64,000 nucleotides of DNA from an uncultured Candidatus Binatia bacterium (GTDB lineage: Bacteria; Desulfobacterota; Binatia; UBA9968; JAJDTQ01). The notes beneath the pieces were generated by a model that saw only the letters and a list, made by a program, of their open reading frames with translations, had not been told where the DNA came from and did not search any database. The position numbers were made by a program, and so were the translations under genes. Shown here in pieces: positions 55,470-64,000 of the stretch. Positions within the stretch are counted from its first letter, which is position 1. The number at the start of each line of letters is the position of its first letter. The stretch is taken from positions 3,008,001 through 3,072,000 of the forward strand of contig OZ243916.1 of NCBI GenBank assembly GCA_965213675.1, in the 5' to 3' direction.

Positions 55470-57191
55470 ATGGAAAAACGAGCATTCATCGCGGTCGTCA
55501 TCTCGATCCTGATCATCCTCCTCTACCAGGAGTACATGAGACGGTTCTATCCGCCGGTGGAGCCGCCGGCGCGGGAAACCGCGACGCAGCCGCGCAAGGA
55601 GGCGCCAGCCCTGAGCCTGGTACCGGAGCAGGCGCCGTTGGTGGAGCAGCCGCTTTTTCCGGCGACGACCCCACTGCCCGAAACAACTCCGCCGCCGGGC
55701 ACGGCAGCCGCACAACCCGCGCCGAACCTTCCCGTGCGGGACGTGACGGTGGAGACCGCGGACTACCTCGCGCGTTTCACCAGCCAGGGAGCCCGGCTCA
55801 AGAGCTTCCGCCTGAAGCACTACCGTGAGGGGATCGCCGAGAACAGCCCGTTGATCGAGATGGTGTCCCATCTTCCCGGCATGGAATATCCGTTGGGCGT
55901 CCGTGTCCGCGGCGCCCGGTCGGGCACGGACCAGGACATCGTTTACGACGTTCAGGGCGCCGGTCTCCATCTGGGCGAAGGCGACGACGGCCGCCTCACA
56001 TTCTCCGGGGTGACGCCGGATGGTCGCCGCGTGGTCAAGCAGTTCACCTTCAGCGGTTCCGGCTATGCCATGGATGTGGCCGTGTCCATGGAAGGGGCCT
56101 CCCAGGCGCCGGGCCTCCTCTTCACCACCCATGGGCAGAGCAAGGGAGTCAAGAAGGACGCCAGATTCGAGGGGGTCATCGCCTTGCGCAACGGCGACCT
56201 CCAGCGTCCCTCGGAAATCGACAACAAGACCCCGCTCCGGCTGGATGGGCCGCTGTCGTGGATCGGCTTCGGCCAGACGTACTTCGTCAGCGCGTTTCTG
56301 CCGCCCGAGGGCGTGGACACGGCCGTGACCGTGATCAACAACCTGACGCCGGAACGGCGGGAAGCCATGTCCGGGTGGTTCTCGGTGGCCGACTATTCCG
56401 ACACGGCGTTCGCCCTGGAGATCCGCACCCTCGGCAACGGGGCGCCGGGGAGCGCGCGCTATCAGCTCTTCATGGGACCCAAGGTCCTCAACCTGCTCAA
56501 GTCCTTCCGGCGCGGCCTCGACGAGTCCATCGACTTCGGCTACTTCGGCTTCATCTCGGTGCCGATGCTGCAGGCGTTGCACTTCTTCGAGACCTACACC
56601 GGCAACTACGGCCTGGACATCATCCTGCTCACGCTCATCATCAAGCTGCTGCTGTGGCCGCTGACGCAGAAGAGCTTCGTCTCCATGAAGCGCATGCAGA
56701 AGCTCCAGCCGCAGATGCAGCGTCTCAAGGACAAGTTCGGCGACGACAAAACGCGGCTCAACAAGGAAATGATGGACCTCTACAAGCGGAACAAGGTGAA
56801 TCCGCTGGGAGGCTGTCTGCCGATGCTGCTGCAGTTCCCCTTCTTCATCGGCTTCTACAACGCCCTGCTGACGCCCATCGAATTGCGGCACGCGGGTTTC
56901 CTGTGGATCAAGGACCTGTCCCGCCCCGATTGGGAGTCGCTGCCGTTCTCCCTGTTCGGGTTCGATGCCGGCATTCCGGTGCTGGTGCTGCTCATGGGCG
57001 CGAGCATGTTCATCCAGCAGTGGATGTCGCCGGCCGTGGGCGACCCGAACCAGCGACGCATGATGATGCTCATGCCGCTGGTGTTTACCGTGATATTCGT
57101 GAGCTTCCCCTCGGGACTCACCATCTACTGGTTTATCAACAACCTGCTGAGCATCCTTCAGCAGTACCTGATCAACCGCAAAGAGCGCTGA
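55470..57191 (+). CDS. yidC: Membrane protein insertase YidC
   Basis: GNYGLDII, NPLGGCLPMLLQFP, FLWIKDLS and GLTIYW motifs. Confidence 0.95.
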   Translation: MEKRAFIAVVISILIILLYQEYMRRFYPPVEPPARETATQPRKEAPALSLVPEQAPLVEQPLFPATTPLPETTPPPGTAAAQPAPNLPVRDVTVETADYLARFTSQGARLKSFRLKHYREGIAENSPLIEMVSHLPGMEYPLGVRVRGARSGTDQDIVYDVQGAGLHLGEGDDGRLTFSGVTPDGRRVVKQFTFSGSGYAMDVAVSMEGASQAPGLLFTTHGQSKGVKKDARFEGVIALRNGDLQRPSEIDNKTPLRLDGPLSWIGFGQTYFVSAFLPPEGVDTAVTVINNLTPERREAMSGWFSVADYSDTAFALEIRTLGNGAPGSARYQLFMGPKVLNLLKSFRRGLDESIDFGYFGFISVPMLQALHFFETYTGNYGLDIILLTLIIKLLLWPLTQKSFVSMKRMQKLQPQMQRLKDKFGDDKTRLNKEMMDLYKRNKVNPLGGCLPMLLQFPFFIGFYNALLTPIELRHAGFLWIKDLSRPDWESLPFSLFGFDAGIPVLVLLMGASMFIQQWMSPAVGDPNQRRMMMLMPLVFTVIFVSFPSGLTIYWFINNLLSILQQYLINRKER

Positions 57192-57245
57192 CAGCCGTGG
57201 CGGCAGTCCCGAAGGCTGTCGCGCCCCGTGGAGGAGAGGCCTGTG

Positions 57246-58100
57246 ATGAAGCAAGTGGAAACGGAAGGCGAAACCCTTGACGAGGCCGTCACCAAGGCGC
57301 TGAACCTGTTGGGGGTCGAACGGGACAAGGTGTCCCTGGACATACTGGCGGAGGAGAAGGCGGGGTTGCTGGGGTTCGGGCGCCAGAACGCGCGCGTTCG
57401 CGCCACCATACGCGCCGCGGTGACGGCCGATCTGGATGAGCCGGCGGCCGGCGCCGGGGCCGCATCCGGGGAGATGGAGCCCGTCCCGGTGGCGGAAAGC
57501 GTCCAGGCGTCCGCCGTGGACGAGGTCCGCGAATCGGCCGGGTCGGATGAGCCCGCGGAGGAACCCGCCGCGGAACCGTCCGCGGATGTGGACGACAGCG
57601 CGGATGTCGGCGAGGGCGTGACCGAGGTGGGGAAAGTCGGTGTCGAGGTGCTTGCGGAAATATTGCGGCTGATGGGCGTCGACTCCAGGGTCGTGGTCAA
57701 ACCGGGCGTCGACGCCACGGAAGTCGTCCTCGACATCCAGGGCGACAGCGGCGCCCTGCTGATTGGCCGCCGGGGTCAAACCCTGGAGGCGCTGCAGCAT
57801 ATCGTGGCCCGCATCGTCGCGGAAAGGGTCGGGCCGGACGGTCCGCAGCCCATCGTCGACGCGGAAGACTACCGCGCGCGGCGTGTCCGCAGCCTGGAGG
57901 ACATGGCCCTCCGTCTGGGCGAAACGGCCAAACGCAGCCGCAAGGCCCAGAGCATCGACGCTCTCAACGCGCGCGACCGGCGTGTGGTGCACATGGCCTT
58001 GAAGGACGACCCGTGGCTCACGACCAAAAGTCAGGGCCAGGGCGCCTACCGCCGACTCCTCATCGTCCCCGAGGGAGATCGACGCTCGCCCGACGGGTAG
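57246..58100 (+). CDS. jag: RNA-binding protein Jag/EloR/KhpB
   Basis: Jag_N, acidic linker, KH (LIGRRGQTLEALQ) and R3H (RRVVH) domains. Confidence 0.92.
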   Translation: MKQVETEGETLDEAVTKALNLLGVERDKVSLDILAEEKAGLLGFGRQNARVRATIRAAVTADLDEPAAGAGAASGEMEPVPVAESVQASAVDEVRESAGSDEPAEEPAAEPSADVDDSADVGEGVTEVGKVGVEVLAEILRLMGVDSRVVVKPGVDATEVVLDIQGDSGALLIGRRGQTLEALQHIVARIVAERVGPDGPQPIVDAEDYRARRVRSLEDMALRLGETAKRSRKAQSIDALNARDRRVVHMALKDDPWLTTKSQGQGAYRRLLIVPEGDRRSPDG

Positions 58101-58119
58101 GACGCCGTCTCGTGTCCTG

Positions 58120-58154
58120 ACCGCGTAGGGAGATCGACGGTCGCCCTACGCGGT
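58120..58154 (+). terminator. Hairpin after jag (terminator or GTAG-type REP)
   Basis: ACCGCGTAGGG...CCCTACGCGGT 11-bp perfect stem, short T run. Confidence 0.5.
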
Positions 58155-58278
58155 TTCCATGCCTTGCGGCGCATTTCCGACTACTCGGGCAGGCTGCTGG
58201 ATGGTGTCCTTCGACTGGGCGGTGTGACCCACGCCATCCCAATTCCGGAACGAATCAACGAAAATGTGATGCACCCTG

Positions 58279-58306
58279 TTGACTGGGGCGCGTGGTTCGC
58301 TATGAT
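58279..58306 (+). promoter_or_regulatory. Putative sigma70 promoter of the TetR-RND operon
   Basis: TTGACT-N16-TATGAT. Confidence 0.6.
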
Positions 58307-58312
58307 TTTAGA

Positions 58313-58330
58313 TGACCGGCTGGCCGGTCA
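58313..58330. promoter_or_regulatory. Putative TetR operator
   Basis: Perfect palindrome TGACCGGC-TG-GCCGGTCA at the predicted transcription start. Confidence 0.7.
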
Positions 58331-58366
58331 ATATAGAAGAATGCCTGCTGCAAACGCCTGCTGAAC

Positions 58367-58966
58367 ATGCCTGTCATTGTCGACAAGGAGCGCAAGCGCG
58401 CGGAGATACTGGAAGCGGCCATGCTCGTCTTTGCCGGCAAGGGCTTTCATCGCGCGAAGATGGAGGAAGTGGCGGCCGCGGCCGGCATCGGCAAGGGCAC
58501 GATCTACGAGTATTTCACCAGCAAGCCCCAGATGCTCCAGGCCCTCCACGGCCACATGCTCGGTAAACTCAACGATTACTACAGCGAGAAGCTCAAGGGC
58601 ATCGAAGAGCCTCCCGAAATACTGACCCAATTCCTTGCCGCGGCCTTGGCCAGTTTCCGGGAATGGGAGCCCATTTTCTACGTCTTCTGCGACGTCTGGG
58701 CCGAAGCCGGCCGCGCCGAGCAGCAGAACCTCCTCCGCGTGCAGTTGCGCAACGCCTACCAGTCGTCCATCGACGACCTGGTTCTGGTGGTCGAGGCGGG
58801 CGTGGCCGGCGGCTTCTTCCGTTGCGAGCAACCCCGGCTGGCGGCTGAGCACATTCTCGCATGCGTCGACGGACTGGCACTCCATTGGCTTTATGGTCCG
58901 GAGACTTTCGACCTTGACGAAATGACCCGGCATCTGACCCGGACGGTCCTGAGGAGCCTGTCGTGA
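58367..58966 (+). CDS. TetR/AcrR family transcriptional regulator
   Basis: ILEAAMLVF..KGF..MEEVAAAAGIGKGTIYEYFTSK HTH. Confidence 0.93.
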   Translation: MPVIVDKERKRAEILEAAMLVFAGKGFHRAKMEEVAAAAGIGKGTIYEYFTSKPQMLQALHGHMLGKLNDYYSEKLKGIEEPPEILTQFLAAALASFREWEPIFYVFCDVWAEAGRAEQQNLLRVQLRNAYQSSIDDLVLVVEAGVAGGFFRCEQPRLAAEHILACVDGLALHWLYGPETFDLDEMTRHLTRTVLRSLS

Positions 58967-60213
58967 GAGTGCGCGTAGCCATATCGGTCTTGTTGATCCT
59001 GCTGCTGAGCGCGGTGACCGCCGTGGGGGTCTATGTGATCCAGGATGTGGAGGAAGCGCCGCTGGTCCAGCCCGAAGCGGTCCCCGTGCCCGTGGAGGTG
59101 GCCGCGGTGGTGGCCGCCGACTTCGTCCACCGCATCGAAGCCCTGGGAAGCATCGCGGCGGTGCGCGAAGGCTCGGTCAGCGCCGAGGTCACCGGACGCA
59201 TCGTCGAGATTCCCGCGAACGTGGATTTGGGGAGCGAGGTAGCGGTGGGCGATCTGCTGGCCCGGGTGGACCACCGGGACTACGAGATCGCGGTGCGGAA
59301 GGCCGTGGCGCAAGTGTCCGGGGCCAAGGCGCGGTTGCGCAAGGCCGCGGTGGACATCGACCGGCAGCGCAACCTGGTGGGGCTCAACGCGGAACAGCTC
59401 CGCCTGGCGCGGGCGGAGCATGATCGCCTTGTCAAGCTGCGCGAAAAAGGGCTGGTGTCCAGCCAGGCCGTGGAGCGCCAGGAGCTTTCCTGGCGGCGCA
59501 TCGAAGAGGAGCTCGAGTCGGCACGAAGCGGCCAGCGTCAGACGGAAGCCCAGTACGCCATTGGCCAGGCCGACCTCGAGCTGGCCAATGCGCAATGGGA
59601 ACAGGCTCGGGAAACCCTTCGCGACACCGAGGTCCGCGCACCCTATGCCGGCATCATCGCGCGCAAGCATGTCACGCTTGGGGAGCGCGTCGCGCCGGGG
59701 CAGGTTCTGTTCCAGCTTGCCGACGTGGAGACCGTGAAGCTCGAGGTGCGTATCCCGGCCTCCGACATGCAACAGCTCGACCCGGGGGCCGCGGCCAGTG
59801 TGCGCGTCACCGGTCTGGAGCGGGAGACCGCCGGTCGGGTGGCCAACATCGGCCCGCGCGCCGATCCGGTCACCCGCTCGTTTCCCGTGGAGATATTCCT
59901 GTCCAACCCGGAGCGCCGTCTTCTTCCCGGGATGTTCGCGCGCGCCGTAATCCCGGTGCGCCGCTATCCCGCGGCCATCCTGATCCCGCGGGACAGCGTC
60001 CTGTTCGAAGACGGCGAGTCCACCGTTTTCGTGGCGGAACCCCATGGCCGCGTCGCGTCGCGCCGGACGGTGCGCATCGCCCGGCGTTTCGGCGCGCGCT
60101 ACATGATCGCCGGCGGTCTTGAACCCGGAGACCTGCTCGTCACCGCCGGTCAGCGGCTGCTGCTGGATGGCGCGCGCATTCGCGTGGTCACGCGCCGGGA
60201 TCTGTCCTCATGA
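58963..60213 (+). CDS. RND efflux periplasmic adaptor (MFP)
   Basis: VSAEVTGRI, VRAPYAG and LLPGMFAR motifs; long alpha-hairpin. Confidence 0.9.
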   Translation: MRVRVAISVLLILLLSAVTAVGVYVIQDVEEAPLVQPEAVPVPVEVAAVVAADFVHRIEALGSIAAVREGSVSAEVTGRIVEIPANVDLGSEVAVGDLLARVDHRDYEIAVRKAVAQVSGAKARLRKAAVDIDRQRNLVGLNAEQLRLARAEHDRLVKLREKGLVSSQAVERQELSWRRIEEELESARSGQRQTEAQYAIGQADLELANAQWEQARETLRDTEVRAPYAGIIARKHVTLGERVAPGQVLFQLADVETVKLEVRIPASDMQQLDPGAAASVRVTGLERETAGRVANIGPRADPVTRSFPVEIFLSNPERRLLPGMFARAVIPVRRYPAAILIPRDSVLFEDGESTVFVAEPHGRVASRRTVRIARRFGARYMIAGGLEPGDLLVTAGQRLLLDGARIRVVTRRDLSS

Positions 60214-63200
60214 AGAAGGTGATCGAGTTCTCCATCGGAAACCCCGTCATTGTCAACCTGGTGGTGCTTCTGATCCTCATCTCCGGCGTGATCGCCTTCG
60301 TCGGGATGAAGCGGGAGTTGTTCCCCGATTTCTCCAATCGCGTGATTCAGGTGGACACGACGTACCGTGGCGCCTCGCCCGAGGAAATCGAAGAACTCAT
60401 CACGGCCAAGATCGAGGACCAGGTTCGCAACGTGGACGGCGTAGACGAGATGATCTCCACTTCGCGCGAGGGGAAATCCGAAATCCGCCTTCGGATGCAG
60501 TCGGATGCCGGCATGAGCCGCGCCCTGGGGGACGTGCGCGCCGCCCTGGACCGTGTCGTGGGATTGCCGGACGAGGCGGACGAGCCTCAGGTGAGTGAGG
60601 TCCTGTCCACGATCCCGGTGATCACCGTGGCCTTGAGTGGCGCCATCCCCGAACAGGAACTGCGTGAGATCGCCAAGGACGTGCGCGATCAGCTCCGTCG
60701 CGTGGCCGGCGTCGCCAGCGTGTCCATATTCGGCTTGCGCGAGAGCCGGATCCTCGTGGAGATCGACCCCGAGCGGCTGGATCAGTACCGGCTGAGCCTG
60801 GAAGAGATTCGCGCCGCGGTGAGCAATCAGAACCGCAACGTGCCCGGGGGGGCGCTGAAGACCGCCCGCGGCGAGATCCTGGTGCGGACGCTGGGGGTGG
60901 CTGGAGGCGTGGCGGACGTGGAGCGGATGATTCTCCGTTCCACCGACACCGGGCACGCGCTCACGGTGGGGGCCGTGGCCGAGGTGAGGGAGTCCTTTGA
61001 AGACCCCACGGTACTGGCGCGGTTCGACGGAAAGCCGTCGCTCAACCTCGTGGTGATCAAGGAGCGGAGCGGCGATACCATCAGCGTTGCGGAACGCATC
61101 CGCGAGTCCGTGGCGGACATTCGCAAGACCTTGCCGGAAACCGTTTCCGTCGGGGTCTTCAACGACTTTTCCGTGTACATCCGAAACCGGCTGGGCACGC
61201 TCGGTGAGAGCGGCGCCATCGGTCTGAGCATCGTGCTGGCCACCCTGTGCGTGTTCGTCCGCGGGCGGATTGCGCTGTTGACGTCCCTCGGCATTCCGTT
61301 CGCCTTGCTGGGTTGTCTGACCCTGATGTCGGCTTTCGATTACAGCCTGAACATGATCTCCGCTTTCGGCCTGATCCTGGTGCTGGGCCTGCTGGTGGAC
61401 GATGCCGTCATCGTGACCGAGAACGTGTACCGCCATGTGGAACAGGGCTTGCCGCCCAAGGAGGCGGCGCTTCGCGGCACCAGCGAGGTTGCCTGGCCGG
61501 TGGTCACCACCGTGGTCACCACGGTCGCCGCGTTCGTACCGTTCCTGTTGATCCCGGGAACCATGGGTGTCTTCATGGAGCCCCTTCCCATCGTCGTTAC
61601 CTTCGCGCTGTTGCTCTCGCTGTTCGAGGTGTTGTTCATCCTGCCGTCGCATCTCTCGGACGTCATCACGCCGGCGTATGCGGACAAGGTGCGGCGGGGA
61701 GAGCGCCGGTGGCTCACCCAACTGCGCCGGCGCTATCAGTTGGGAGGTCTTCGCCGCACGCGCGTGCCCGGCCAGCGCCTGTGGCTGGCCGGGCTGCGCG
61801 GCGGCTACGAAAAGATCCTTGGAGTCGCGGTCCGCTGGCGTTATGTGACGGTCACCGTGATCGTGGCGGCGAGCGTATTGCTGGCCGCGGCCGCCCAGTA
61901 CCGCGTCCCCTTCGTGCTTTTCAGGGAGTTTGAATCGAGCCAGTTCTTCATCAACTTCGAGACTTCCGCCAACGCCAAGCTGGAAGACACCGAGGCCGTG
62001 GCCGTTCAGGCTGAGGAGATCGCCCTGGCGCTGCCTCCCAGCGAGCTCAGGTCCCTTTCCACGACCGTGGGCGCCTCCTTCCTGGACGTGAACCGCGTGG
62101 TGCGGGGCAGCAACGTCGGACAACTCACCCTGGAGTTGCAGGACGACCGCGACCGCACTTCGGCGGAGATCATCGAGGATCTCCGGGGCAGGATGGAACG
62201 GATCCCGGGCATCACCAAGCTCCAGTTCCTCAGTCTCCAGGCCGGCCCCGGAGGGCCGGACATCGAGGCCCGGATCATCGGCGAGGACCTCGCCCAGCTC
62301 CGGCGCCTGACCGACGAGGTCAAGGCCTTCCTGGCGACCTTCCCCGGTGTTCGCGACATCCGGGACGACATGGTCGCCGGCAAGGAGGAACTGCGCATCA
62401 GCCTCAAGCCGGAAGGACGTGCGCTGGGTCTCGACGTGAGGAGCATCGCGCGCCAGGTGCAACAGGGTTTCCAGGGGGTCGAAGCGTCGAGCATCCAGCG
62501 CGGCGACGAGGACGTGCCCATCTTCGTCCGATTTCCCGGGGACCAGCGCAGCCAGGTGGACACCGTGTCGCGCATGAAGCTGACGTTGCCCTCCGGCGAG
62601 CGGGTCTTCCTGAGCGATGTCGCCGGCATCGGCACCGGTGTCAGCGCCACGCAGATCAACCGGGACGACCAGAAGCGGGCGCTGAGCGTCTTCGCCGAAG
62701 TGGAGCCGGCGAAGACCACCGTGGTGGAGGTCACGGATGCCCTTCAGCGGCAGTTCGCCGACGCCGGCGGGCGTTACCCGGGGCTGCGGGTGGTGGTCAA
62801 GGGTGAACGGCAGGAGACGGAGGAGTCGCTGGGGGCCCTGCCGCGGATCTCCCTGATCACGCTGTTCGTCATCTATTTCGTGCTGGGTTCCCTGTTCAAG
62901 TCGTTCGTACAACCGTTCATCGTCATGGCCGCGATTCCCTTTGCCCTCGGCGGTGTCGTGATCGGTCACCTCGTCATGGGCGAGAACCTGAGCTTCATGT
63001 CCATTCTGGGCTTCATCGCCCTGGCGGGGGTCGTCGTCAACGATTCCCTCATCCTGGTGGACTTCATCAACCGCAGCCGGAGAAACGGCACACCGGCCTA
63101 CGAGTCCATCATCCAGTCCGGCGTCGTGCGACTGAGGCCGGTCATGCTCACCACCGTCACCACTGTCGGTGGTCTTGTGCCCCTGGCCTTCTTCGCCACC

Positions 63201-63383
63201 GGGCAGGCGAGGTTCCTTTCCCCCATGGCCATCTCCGTGGTCTGGGGCCTGTCCTTCGCCACCATTCTCACGCTGATCCTCACGCCCTGCCTCTACGGCA
63301 TTCTGGACGACCTGAAGGCGATCCTCCGGCGCTGGTTCCGCTCCGACGTGCCTGTCGAAGGAATCGCCGCGGAGCGTTTGTAG
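60210..63383 (+). CDS. RND efflux permease (AcrB/AcrD/AcrF family)
   Basis: [21 protein letters not shown] and RLRPVMLT motifs. Confidence 0.93.
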   Translation: MKKVIEFSIGNPVIVNLVVLLILISGVIAFVGMKRELFPDFSNRVIQVDTTYRGASPEEIEELITAKIEDQVRNVDGVDEMISTSREGKSEIRLRMQSDAGMSRALGDVRAALDRVVGLPDEADEPQVSEVLSTIPVITVALSGAIPEQELREIAKDVRDQLRRVAGVASVSIFGLRESRILVEIDPERLDQYRLSLEEIRAAVSNQNRNVPGGALKTARGEILVRTLGVAGGVADVERMILRSTDTGHALTVGAVAEVRESFEDPTVLARFDGKPSLNLVVIKERSGDTISVAERIRESVADIRKTLPETVSVGVFNDFSVYIRNRLGTLGESGAIGLSIVLATLCVFVRGRIALLTSLGIPFALLGCLTLMSAFDYSLNMISAFGLILVLGLLVDDAVIVTENVYRHVEQGLPPKEAALRGTSEVAWPVVTTVVTTVAAFVPFLLIPGTMGVFMEPLPIVVTFALLLSLFEVLFILPSHLSDVITPAYADKVRRGERRWLTQLRRRYQLGGLRRTRVPGQRLWLAGLRGGYEKILGVAVRWRYVTVTVIVAASVLLAAAAQYRVPFVLFREFESSQFFINFETSANAKLEDTEAVAVQAEEIALALPPSELRSLSTTVGASFLDVNRVVRGSNVGQLTLELQDDRDRTSAEIIEDLRGRMERIPGITKLQFLSLQAGPGGPDIEARIIGEDLAQLRRLTDEVKAFLATFPGVRDIRDDMVAGKEELRISLKPEGRALGLDVRSIARQVQQGFQGVEASSIQRGDEDVPIFVRFPGDQRSQVDTVSRMKLTLPSGERVFLSDVAGIGTGVSATQINRDDQKRALSVFAEVEPAKTTVVEVTDALQRQFADAGGRYPGLRVVVKGERQETEESLGALPRISLITLFVIYFVLGSLFKSFVQPFIVMAAIPFALGGVVIGHLVMGENLSFMSILGFIALAGVVVNDSLILVDFINRSRRNGTPAYESIIQSGVVRLRPVMLTTVTTVGGLVPLAFFATGQARFLSPMAISVVWGLSFATILTLILTPCLYGILDDLKAILRRWFRSDVPVEGIAAERL

Positions 63384-63420
63384 GACCGTGGAGAGCGGCG
63401 CAAGCTCCTCGCGAACCACC

Positions 63421-63440
63421 ATTCCCGCGGAAACGGGAAT
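63421..63440. repeat. ATTCCC-N8-GGGAAT (dRS3-like) palindrome
   Basis: ATTCCCGCGGAAACGGGAAT. Confidence 0.65.
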
Positions 63441-63480
63441 CCAGGGGTGGGGTGTGGGGGCATGCCGGAACCGCCGGAAT

Positions 63481-63509
63481 TTGACACCTTCCGGGGCGCT
63501 CCCTATAAG
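63481..63509 (+). promoter_or_regulatory. Sigma70 promoter of proS
   Basis: TTGACA-N17-TATAAG, ending 7 nt before the ATG. Confidence 0.7.
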
Positions 63510-63516
63510 TGATGGC

Positions 63517-64000
63517 ATGCGCTGGCGAACGTCCTTCATTCCCACGGTCAAGGAAGACCCCTCGGACGCGGAGGTGGTCAGTCATCGGCTGCTGGTGCGC
63601 GCCGGCATGATCCGGCAGGTGAGCCGCGGGGTGTACGACATCCTGCCGCTGGCGCTCCGCGCTCTGCGCAAGATCGAGGCCATCGTGCGCGAGGAGATGA
63701 ACCGGGCCGGCGCCCAGGAACTGCTCATGCCCGTCACGTCGCCCGCGGAGCTGTGGCGGGACAGCGGCCGATGGAACGTGTACGGCAAGGAGCTGCTGCG
63801 CTTCAAGGACCGCCACGAGCGCGACTTCTGCCTCGCCCCCACCCACGAGGAGGTCATCACCGACATCGTGCGCCGGGACGTGCGTTCCTATCGCGAACTG
63901 CCCATGAACCTCTACCAGATCCAGACCAAGTTCCGGGACGAGGTACGCCCACGCTTCGGACTCATGCGCGGGCGCGAGTTCATCATGAAGGACGCCTACA
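63517..64000 (+). CDS. proS: Proline--tRNA ligase, N-terminal part (runs off window end)
   Basis: Manual translation [34 protein letters not shown]...PTHEE...[29 protein letters not shown]. Confidence 0.96.
   Translation, partial: MRWRTSFIPTVKEDPSDAEVVSHRLLVRAGMIRQVSRGVYDILPLALRALRKIEAIVREEMNRAGAQELLMPVTSPAELWRDSGRWNVYGKELLRFKDRHERDFCLAPTHEEVITDIVRRDVRSYRELPMNLYQIQTKFRDEVRPRFGLMRGREFIMKDAY

Overview
GC-rich bacterial chromosome segment. The gene content (split atp operon with b/b', clustered amidohydrolases, a Bug/TTT transporter, an LRR/Calx-beta surface protein) suggests a Binatia/deltaproteobacterium-like, possibly sponge-associated organism; this is inference only. 1-23 kb is mostly accessory catabolism and transport: three amidohydrolases, a cupin, an epimerase, YghU, ChrA, an enoyl-CoA hydratase, a small DUF5678-like plus retropepsin gene pair, and a GrdE-like plus GrdB-like reductase pair beside tctC-tctA-tctB. 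The GrdB-like gene has an in-frame UGA (Sec) followed by a SECIS-like hairpin. 24-58 kb is largely housekeeping: mnmE-mnmG-rsmG-parAB with two perfect parS sites, atpF'FHAGDC, aroCKBQ, gyrBA-gpsA and rpmH-rnpA-yidD-yidC-jag, in a rearranged order with no dnaA. A TetR-RND module and the 5' part of proS end the window. Strongest leads: (1) an (ATCGCCGG)11 tract inside a leader ORF whose copy number sets the frame relative to a 1927-aa LRR/Calx-beta outer-membrane protein, a candidate three-state phase-variation switch; (2) an orphan selenoprotein reductase B module whose partner lacks the canonical pyruvoyl-forming Cys; (3) a two-copy 165-bp IS630-like MITE with co-varying arms. No CRISPR array, tRNA or rRNA was recognised. 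All product calls come from motif recognition, not database searches.
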